Source: a virus (lineage: Duplodnaviria; Caudoviricetes). Taken from it: a DNA stretch of 53,814 bases. The number at the start of each line of letters is the position of its first letter. The stretch's first letter is position 1. Both the position numbers and the translations under genes were made by a program. The stretch covers positions 1 through 53,814 of the IMG/VR virus record IMGVR_UViG_3300017565_000323. The stretch is one strand, 5' to 3'. The notes beneath the pieces are model-generated. The model was given only the letters and a program-made list of their open reading frames with translations. It was not told the DNA's origin and searched no databases. Below are positions 47,035-53,814 of this stretch, in pieces.

Positions 47035-48749
47035 ACCCCGACGAGCTCATTGTCGATTCGTTCGCGGGCGGAGGCGGTGCGTCCCTCGGTCTGACGATGG
47101 CCCTGGGGCGCTCGCCTGACATCGCAATCAACCACAGCCGCAAGGCGATCGCGATGCACGCGGCAATCCATCCCGAGACACATCACTACTGTGAAGACGT
47201 CTGGGAAGTGGATCCGCGCGAAGCCACACGAGGCCGCCCGGTCGGCGTGGCCTGGTTCTCGCCGGACTGTTGCCACTTCAGCCGCGCGAAGGGGTCGCAG
47301 CCGGTCAAGAAACATATTCGCGGACTCGCAAGCGTTGTGATCAAGTGGGTTCGCGACGTGCGTCCCCGGATCATCATGCTTGAGAACGTTCGCGAGTTCG
47401 AGGACTGGGGGCCACTCCTTCCAATCCTGAAGGCCGACGGGACTCCCGAGTTATTTCCTGATGGCTCCCCCAAGATGCGGCCTGATCCCGACCGGGCCGG
47501 CGAAACCTTTGCCGATTGGGTCCGGATCCTGCGGAACCACGGTTATCGGGTCGAATGGCGACCCCTGAACGCGGCGGATTATGGAGCTCCCACGCATCGC
47601 CGACGCCTTTTTCTCGTCGCTCGATGCGATGGCCTGCCGATCGTCTGGCCGGAACCGTCGCACGCCGACCCCGCGAAGATCGGCAAGGGGCTGTTCGATC
47701 AGCATTTGTTGCCCTATCGCACGGCAGCCGAGTGCGTCGACTGGACGCTCCCATGTCACTCGATCTTCTTGACGAAAGCCGAAGCGAGGGCGCAGGGCCT
47801 GCGGTGCATCCGGCCCCTGGCTGAGAACACCATGAAGCGGATCGCCATGGGACTGAAGCGGTTCGTGCTGGACAACCCTCGTCCGTTCCTGGTGACTGTG
47901 AATCATGGCGGGGATCACTTCCGCGGACGCTCGATCGACGAACCGGTCGGCACCCTGACGGGCAAGAATGGTTATGGTGTTGTCTCGCCATTTTTTACGG
48001 CCCAGTTCGGCGAACGCCAGGGGCAGGCGCCTCGGGCTCATCGTGCTGACGAGCCCTTGCCGACGATCACGGCCCGGGCCGGCGGTGGCTTCCCTCTCGT
48101 CACCCCGTTCCTCTCGGCTTACTACGGGGAAGGGAACGATCCCGGCCCGCGCGGCAACCACCTCGACGAACCCCTACGCACGCAAACCGCATCAAACCGG
48201 TTTGCCCTCGTCTCGGCCTTCCTGGCGAAGCATTACGGCGGCGTGACAGGTCATGAGCTCGACCGGCCGATCGGAACTATCACTTCGGTCGATCATCATT
48301 CCGTCATCGCCGCGACCCTGATCAAGAACAACCACGGCGACAAGCAGGCGTTCGCATTAGATGAGCCTCTACGCACCGTCCTGGCCGGCGGCAAGCATCA
48401 CGCATTAACGTTTGCCTTCTTGACCAAGTTCTACGGCCGATCCACCGGCCATCTTGCCGACGAGCCGGCCCATACGATCCCGAGCAACGACCGCCTCGGG
48501 TTGATCACAGTTGAAGGCCAGGACTTCGCGATCGTCGATATCGGGCTGAGGATGCTCGGTCCGCGTGAACTCTATCGATGCCAGGGTTTCCCCGAAACCT
48601 ACATCATCGACCCGATCGTTGATGGGAAGCCGCTGAGCTTGGGTGACCAGGTCGAGATGTGCGGCAACTCGGTTTGCCCCCAGGTCGCTGCGGCGATCGC
48701 CAGGGCGAACGTGGGAGTGATGAGCCACAAAGAAACCATCGGTGCATAG
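47031..48749 (+). CDS. DNA (cytosine-5) methyltransferase
   Basis: FAGGGG, SPDC, ENV, RRRLF, QGFP, GNSV. Confidence 0.95.
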   Translation: MNPDELIVDSFAGGGGASLGLTMALGRSPDIAINHSRKAIAMHAAIHPETHHYCEDVWEVDPREATRGRPVGVAWFSPDCCHFSRAKGSQPVKKHIRGLASVVIKWVRDVRPRIIMLENVREFEDWGPLLPILKADGTPELFPDGSPKMRPDPDRAGETFADWVRILRNHGYRVEWRPLNAADYGAPTHRRRLFLVARCDGLPIVWPEPSHADPAKIGKGLFDQHLLPYRTAAECVDWTLPCHSIFLTKAEARAQGLRCIRPLAENTMKRIAMGLKRFVLDNPRPFLVTVNHGGDHFRGRSIDEPVGTLTGKNGYGVVSPFFTAQFGERQGQAPRAHRADEPLPTITARAGGGFPLVTPFLSAYYGEGNDPGPRGNHLDEPLRTQTASNRFALVSAFLAKHYGGVTGHELDRPIGTITSVDHHSVIAATLIKNNHGDKQAFALDEPLRTVLAGGKHHALTFAFLTKFYGRSTGHLADEPAHTIPSNDRLGLITVEGQDFAIVDIGLRMLGPRELYRCQGFPETYIIDPIVDGKPLSLGDQVEMCGNSVCPQVAAAIARANVGVMSHKETIGA

Positions 48750-48765
48750 CCAGGAGCTTAATCCC

Positions 48766-48975
48766 ATGTCCCGCGTTGAAGTGAAGATCGAAGAAGTTGA
48801 CCTCGAAAACGAGGACGGCCGCGAAGTCCCAGGGGTCCGCGCGACCTGCCAGGAGTGCGACCACGAGGTGGAGTCGTTCGGCACGAGTGATCGAAGCCGG
48901 CGACGATGCCTGGCATTATTGCGGGACGACTGCCCGCTCGGGGAGGAAAATTATTATGTCGATGCGGATGAGTGA
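48766..48975 (+). CDS. Small Cys-containing protein
   Basis: CQECDH...RRCL...CP; AGGAG upstream. Confidence 0.6.
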   Translation: MSRVEVKIEEVDLENEDGREVPGVRATCQECDHEVESFGTSDRSRRRCLALLRDDCPLGEENYYVDADE

Positions 48976-49489
48976 GCTCGACCGACTGTTCCCCGACGAC
49001 TCCAAGACCGCGATCTTGAGTCCCTGCGGAACCTATCGCTATATGCTCGGCCGTCATGTCCTTCCGCAAGGCTCGGGCACATGCAACTTCATCATGCTCA
49101 ACCCGAGCACAGCAGATGCAACCGAAGATGACCCGACGATAACCCGATGCATCGGCTTCGCGAAGAGATGGGGCTTTGCGGACCTGGTTGTCACTAATCT
49201 GTTCGCCTTCCGTGCGACCGATCCACGCGAGCTATCTAAAGCTTCCGACCCGATCGGACCTGATAACGATCGGCTGATTCTCAAGTATGCGAGGGATGCA
49301 AGCTTTATTGTTTATGCATGGGGGCAACACGGCACGCTGAAGGGCCGAGATAAAGCCGTGCTCTCGATGCTCAGGGGCTTCCCGACGTTCTTTCTGCAAA
49401 AGACCAAGGCGGGCCATCCAGGGCATCCGCTGTATCTGCCGAGCCGATGCACGCCGTTGACGTGGGAGGATGAGGATACAGATGATTAA
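48968..49489 (+). CDS. DUF1643 family protein
   Basis: SPCGTYRY, MLNPSTADA..DDPT, NLFAFRATDP, AWG, HPLY. Confidence 0.9.
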   Translation: MSELDRLFPDDSKTAILSPCGTYRYMLGRHVLPQGSGTCNFIMLNPSTADATEDDPTITRCIGFAKRWGFADLVVTNLFAFRATDPRELSKASDPIGPDNDRLILKYARDASFIVYAWGQHGTLKGRDKAVLSMLRGFPTFFLQKTKAGHPGHPLYLPSRCTPLTWEDEDTDD

Positions 49490-49889
49490 AACAACGGTCA
49501 TCTCAGTACGTGGCCAGGACTATGAAAGTCTCATGGCCAACCCCGACTTTGTTTATGTGGGCCGCCGGGTTCACTACACAAAATGGCAAACCCCGTCCGT
49601 ATTCGCGAACCCCTACAGCGTCCACAGCTTCCCCAGCAATGCCCTGGCCTTCTTTGAGGCGGATCTCGCCCTTGCGTACCTGGGCCTGATCGTCCCGAAA
49701 CGTATGGACAGGCATGGAAAGTCTCATCATTACGAGGATCAATTCCGCGCGATGATCCCACGCTTAGGCGAACTGCGAGGTAAGACGCTCGGCTGTTGGT
49801 GTGGCAATTACCCTGAGAACCCAGACCTGGTGTGTCACGCCCGCCTGCTGGCCGAACTGGTGAATGCGATCGAAGGGAGCAAGAGATGA
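49482..49889 (+). CDS. DUF4326 family protein
   Basis: VYVGR, SVFANPY, LRGKTLGCWC...CHA. Confidence 0.88.
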   Translation: MIKTTVISVRGQDYESLMANPDFVYVGRRVHYTKWQTPSVFANPYSVHSFPSNALAFFEADLALAYLGLIVPKRMDRHGKSHHYEDQFRAMIPRLGELRGKTLGCWCGNYPENPDLVCHARLLAELVNAIEGSKR

Positions 49890-50317
49890 GTATTAAGATC
49901 GGTTTCGACATCGGTGGGGTTCTATCGAAGTACCCCAGCATCTTCCGGCCACTCATCGACGCTCTCATTAAGGGCGGTGCTGAAGTTCACGTCATCACAG
50001 ACATGCACGAGCGATCCGAAACGCTCGAGATGCTTCGACTGAACGGCCTCGGCGACATTCCGCCCGAGCGAGTGCATAACTCCGACTTCGAGCGATACGG
50101 AGAAGCTTGCAAGGCCGTTCTACTCAAGCAGCTAGGCGTCGACATTTTCATTGACGACTTCCCGGCTTACCTCGCTGGAGGCTGTCCGGTTCGACTTCAG
50201 GTGTTGCCTGACATCGACCGGCCGTATTACGCGGATGAGTGGAAGACGTCGGGCAAAGAGGGCGAGTTTGGGCGTCGGAAGAGAGTCGAGGCGTATCTGA
50301 AGGAAGGTCAAGTATGA
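49886..50317 (+). CDS. HAD-superfamily-like protein
   Basis: IGFDIGGVL, VIT, K, IFIDD. Confidence 0.65.
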   Translation: MSIKIGFDIGGVLSKYPSIFRPLIDALIKGGAEVHVITDMHERSETLEMLRLNGLGDIPPERVHNSDFERYGEACKAVLLKQLGVDIFIDDFPAYLAGGCPVRLQVLPDIDRPYYADEWKTSGKEGEFGRRKRVEAYLKEGQV

Positions 50318-50985
50318 CCACAAAAGCACGCGAACGCTCGATCTGCCTCAAGACCTGGGAGCCGCCCGCGTTTCTCTCGGGCCGCAAGGCTCAGATTCGG
50401 CGACCCGTCAAGAATCAACCGCCACTAGGGTGGGACCGTCATTGCTGGTTCGACGCACCAATCTACGGTTGGACAAATGAGCCTGGGCCCGCCCTTCAGT
50501 GGCACAAGGCCAAATGCCCGTTCGGCCGACCTGGGGACACACTGATCGGCAAGGAAGATCACCTCGTCCACGCGTACGGCGAACGCCCCAACTGGCGAGT
50601 TGACAGCATCATCTACCGCGCCACGACCGAATGGTATGACTTCGAGTTTAGCCATGGCGACATCGGCAAATCATTCAATCCGCCGATCTACTGGCGCGGC
50701 GAGATCCATTGGGGCTGGCACTCGGCATCCGAGATGCCGCCGCAATTCGCTCGCTTCAAGTGGCACGTCGGTCGGGTTTGGGTCGAGCGGGCGCAGGAGC
50801 TCAGCGACCACGACGCGATGAGGCTGGGTGGATACGAGTGGAATCACGGATTCTGTCACTCGAAAGAATCCGGCACGCACGAGAAACCATCAGGTTCGTT
50901 CGCTGAGCGTTGGCGTCTCGACTGGCCTAAGCTCCCCTGGGAGTCCAACCCCTGGGTCTGGTGTGTCGAGCTGGAGGGGATTTGA
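50314..50985 (+). CDS. ASCH/PUA-like phage protein
   Basis: GRKAQIRRPVK, CPFGRPGD, WESNPWVWCVE. Confidence 0.75.
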   Translation: MTTKARERSICLKTWEPPAFLSGRKAQIRRPVKNQPPLGWDRHCWFDAPIYGWTNEPGPALQWHKAKCPFGRPGDTLIGKEDHLVHAYGERPNWRVDSIIYRATTEWYDFEFSHGDIGKSFNPPIYWRGEIHWGWHSASEMPPQFARFKWHVGRVWVERAQELSDHDAMRLGGYEWNHGFCHSKESGTHEKPSGSFAERWRLDWPKLPWESNPWVWCVELEGI

Positions 50986-50986
50986 T

Positions 50987-52213
50987 ATGAAGCAACCCAC
51001 ATTCTTCGACTCCCAGCGCACGACTCTCGAAGACTCGATCGAGATGACTGCTCAGTCCCTGGCAGCCTACGGCGAACGCTATGACCACTGGGCTTTCGCG
51101 TACTCGGGTGGCAAAGACTCGACCGCGTGCCTGACGGTGGCGATGCACCTGCTTAAGACCGGCCGCATTCCACGGCCGAAGCGAATCACGGTCTGTTATG
51201 CTGACACGCGAATGGAGCTTCCTCCGCTTGCGGCTTCGGCCTACCGCATGCTCGGGATCCTCCGCGACGAGGGGATAGAGACTCGAGTGGCTGTCGCGCC
51301 GATGGATAAACGCTTCTTTGTGTATATGCTCGGCCGCGGTGTTCCCCCTCCGAACAATCGCACCCTGCGATGGTGCACCCGACAGATCAAGGTCGACCCA
51401 ATGGTTGATCAACTGAAGGAACTGGTCGGCGGCCTGGGCGGCAAGGTCCTAATGATTACGGGGGTTCGCCAAGGCGAAAGCGCGATCCGAGACCAGCGAA
51501 TCGCCTTGTCCTGCTCGAAGGACGGCTCGGAGTGCGGCCAGGGCTGGTATCAGGAGACCTTACCCGAATCCCTGTGCGACACATTAGCCCCAATCCTTCA
51601 CTGGAGGACCTGCCTTGTTTGGGATTGGCTCATGGGCTTGCTCTCACCCGAGTGGAGACACGGCTATCCAACCGAGATGGTTGGCCGAGCTTACGGGTTC
51701 GACCTCGAAGGGTCGGCCGCCGAAGTCAACGCACGAACCGGATGCGTCGGCTGCCCGCTCGCGAATCAGGATTCGGCTATCGACAATCTTTTATCGATGG
51801 GTGAACCCGAATGGGAATACCTTCGGCCCCTGACGCGGCTCCGTCCGCTCTACCGCTGGCTTCGTGAACCCGCCCAGCGACTTCGCAAGCCCGGTGGTGA
51901 ACGACGGCAAGACGGAACCTTGTCGCGCAATCAAAACCGCATGGGTCCGTTGACGCTCGATGCTCGCCGCGAAGCCCTGCGGCAAATCCTCGCGATCCAG
52001 CAAGAATGCAACGATCTATGCGGGCCCGGCGTGGCACCGGTGGACATCCTGAATGCCGAAGAGGTCGCTCGAATCAACGAGTTGATCGCCGCGGGAACTT
52101 ACCCGAACAAGTGGGACGGCGACGAGCCGACCGGGGATATGCCGTTTCTGGAATGGATGCCGGATGGGTCGATTCAGCGAAATCTCTACGACCAGTTTGG
52201 AGAGGGAATATGA
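50987..52213 (+). CDS. PAPS-reductase family protein (DndC-like)
   Basis: AYSGGKDS, RWCT..IKVDP, TGVRQGES, RTGCVGCP. Confidence 0.9.
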   Translation: MKQPTFFDSQRTTLEDSIEMTAQSLAAYGERYDHWAFAYSGGKDSTACLTVAMHLLKTGRIPRPKRITVCYADTRMELPPLAASAYRMLGILRDEGIETRVAVAPMDKRFFVYMLGRGVPPPNNRTLRWCTRQIKVDPMVDQLKELVGGLGGKVLMITGVRQGESAIRDQRIALSCSKDGSECGQGWYQETLPESLCDTLAPILHWRTCLVWDWLMGLLSPEWRHGYPTEMVGRAYGFDLEGSAAEVNARTGCVGCPLANQDSAIDNLLSMGEPEWEYLRPLTRLRPLYRWLREPAQRLRKPGGERRQDGTLSRNQNRMGPLTLDARREALRQILAIQQECNDLCGPGVAPVDILNAEEVARINELIAAGTYPNKWDGDEPTGDMPFLEWMPDGSIQRNLYDQFGEGI

Positions 52214-52587
52214 CCGCCAACGGCAACGGATTGCCGCCGCATACGATCGAGGGTCGGCTCGAATACCTGACGTCCTGCGTCGAGACCTTGCTCACGGTGG
52301 CTCAACAGATCCTCGGCCGAACCGACGGCGGCCTAGCCGAGATCAAAGCAGGCCTCGAGAATGCGTCGGCTCGCCGCACGAAGGAGTGGTATTCCGTGGC
52401 GGAAGCGGCCGCGGAGCTTGAGTGCAAACCGGGAACCGTCCGGAAGTGGTGCCTTTACGGCCGCATTCGCGCGAAGAAACGACTCTCAGGCCATAGTATC
52501 GCGAACGATTGGGAGATCCACCGCGATGAGCTCGATTACTACCGGAACCACGGACTCCGGCCGCTGCGGCTAGTCGCCGAGCAATGA
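52210..52587 (+). CDS. Excisionase-like HTH protein
   Basis: WYSVAEAAAELECKPGTVRKWCLYGRI; abuts integrase. Confidence 0.8.
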   Translation: MTANGNGLPPHTIEGRLEYLTSCVETLLTVAQQILGRTDGGLAEIKAGLENASARRTKEWYSVAEAAAELECKPGTVRKWCLYGRIRAKKRLSGHSIANDWEIHRDELDYYRNHGLRPLRLVAEQ

Positions 52588-53814
52588 TTCAATCGCGCTC
52601 TTTCGCGTCCGTGGAAAGAGATGGCGATACCTCGAACGCATCGCCTCGGTCTGGTGGCCCATAAAGGAATCAATCACCCGCTGGTCGACACCTTTCGACG
52701 CGAGGATGGAAGCGAAGGAGTGCCGGAGCGTATGGAAACCCGGCACCTTCGAATAGCGCGGGTGCGAAGCGAGCGACCGGTTGAGATGCCAGGTTGCCTG
52801 GTCTTTGGAAACCGCCGACCCATCCGCGTTGGCGAAGGTCTGGATTCCGCCGGGATGCGCCGCAAGCCAGGCCTCGAGTATCCCCTTGAGCTTTGGATGC
52901 AAGTCGACCCGCCGCTGAGTTTCGGACACCGACCGGTCCCGTTTCTTCTCCCGGATGTGGACCGCTCCATTCTCGAAGTCGATGTCTTGCACCTGGGATC
53001 GACAGAGTTCAGAGCGGCGCGCCGCTGTCATCGCACACATCGCGACCATGGGATGAATCCAGGGCGAGCTCGCGCTAGCCTTCACGACCTCGACCAACTC
53101 TTCCACCTGGGGCCCCGTTAAGTACAAGCACTCCCAGAGCCGCGATTCTTCTTCGGGGCTCAACTTCCCGCGCGCAAGCCTCGCCTCAATTTCCTCGAAG
53201 GTCCGGAACGGTTCACGCCCGCGGCTCTTGCCGATCTGGAGTTCCCTGAGCTGCCAGGGGCAGGGGGCCGCAATCAGTTTGACCCGGAACGCCCAGTCCC
53301 AGATCCGCCGAAAACTCCGAAGCTCCTTCGCCGCGGTCTCGGCCGAGACCGGCTTGTCCCGCCAGGTCTCGCGCCGCCTGGCCGCCGCGTACCTCTGCGC
53401 CTCGGCCAACCCGACTGACTCAATCAAGGCTGACTCCCCCAGGATCCGCGCGAGATGCCGCCGGTGAATTGCTTCGGTCACGAGGGTGGTATCCTCCTTG
53501 GCCTCGGCCGGGATATCCGCTTTGAACCGCTCGAAGATCATTCCGATCGTTGGCGCAGACCTGGGAGTCTCTTTGGGTTTGCCAGCTTGGCCAACCTGAA
53601 GCTCTCCACCGGACGCGATGAACTGGGCAGGGTCAACGCCCTCGGGAATGACGAGCCACCCCTTTTTGATTCGCATCAGGGTTTCATTGACCCGGGCAAG
53701 CCACAGTGAAGCCACATCTTCGGCCCTGGTCGCCAGGCCGCGCTTGCACTCTTTGCCTTCCCAGCGGAAGGTCACGAGGTAGTTTCCGTTCTTATCCTTC
53801 CGTAAGCTCGCCAT
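52570..53814 (-). CDS. int: Tyrosine recombinase/integrase
   Basis: TAARRSE, K, HTLRHSF, MGH, RY catalytic residues. Confidence 0.95.
   Translation of the reverse strand: MASLRKDKNGNYLVTFRWEGKECKRGLATRAEDVASLWLARVNETLMRIKKGWLVIPEGVDPAQFIASGGELQVGQAGKPKETPRSAPTIGMIFERFKADIPAEAKEDTTLVTEAIHRRHLARILGESALIESVGLAEAQRYAAARRRETWRDKPVSAETAAKELRSFRRIWDWAFRVKLIAAPCPWQLRELQIGKSRGREPFRTFEEIEARLARGKLSPEEESRLWECLYLTGPQVEELVEVVKASASSPWIHPMVAMCAMTAARRSELCRSQVQDIDFENGAVHIREKKRDRSVSETQRRVDLHPKLKGILEAWLAAHPGGIQTFANADGSAVSKDQATWHLNRSLASHPRYSKVPGFHTLRHSFASILASKGVDQRVIDSFMGHQTEAMRSRYRHLFPRTRKSAIESLLGD

Larger units (their letters stand above)
1..53814. mobile_element. Temperate tailed phage / prophage (siphovirus-like), probably Planctomycetota host
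   Basis: Ordered terminase-portal-scaffold-capsid-tail modules, repressor switch, replication genes, excisionase and integrase; no sheath gene; no host housekeeping flank. Confidence 0.95.

Noticed and set aside
44843-48749. Restriction-modification system
   Set aside because: No cognate restriction endonuclease recognised; methylases look orphan
50987-52213. Complete Dnd phosphorothioation system or sulfate-assimilation CysH
   Set aside because: No dndA/B/D/E or cys genes; orphan phage family member
1-53814. CRISPR array, tRNA, reverse transcriptase/DGR, invertase-driven tail switch, tail sheath
   Set aside because: No repeat-spacer arrays, cloverleaf, RT motifs or serine invertase recognised by eye
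53700-53814. attL/attR direct repeats at window ends
   Set aside because: Window ends on start codons; no matching terminal repeats seen, so att sites are probably outside

Overview
The whole window appears to be one near-complete, GC-rich temperate phage (prophage) with a non-contractile tail. It is trimmed at gene boundaries: it starts on an ATG and ends on the integrase ATG, and no att site is visible. The style of DnaB/DnaN, the 'LLGQ'-type signal peptide and the Cys-rich tail tip proteins suggest a Planctomycetota host (inference). Layout: a possible lysis/late cassette with an astacin-like protease (1-1872); terminase, portal, scaffold and capsid (1985-7177); head accessories with an inserted block and a MuF-ADP-ribosyltransferase toxin plus putative immunity gene (7249-13024); neck and tail genes including a programmed -1 frameshift chaperone and a short tape measure (13038-26182); a moron region (26297-30659); a cI/RHH switch (30622-31478); an early operon with antirepressor, YqaJ recombination pair, iteron-containing initiator, DnaB, RusA and DnaN; a DNA-modification cluster (Dam-like, DUF5131, C5 MTase, DndC/PAPS-reductase-like); excisionase; and a convergent tyrosine integrase. 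The most notable points are the lack of a recognisable peptidoglycan endolysin with a metzincin protease at the expected lysis position, an apparently split MuF carrying a virion-delivered ART, tandem 28-30 bp palindromes inside a gene, and a protein with three alpha-CTD-like repeats. All family calls come from motif recognition by eye; no searches were run.
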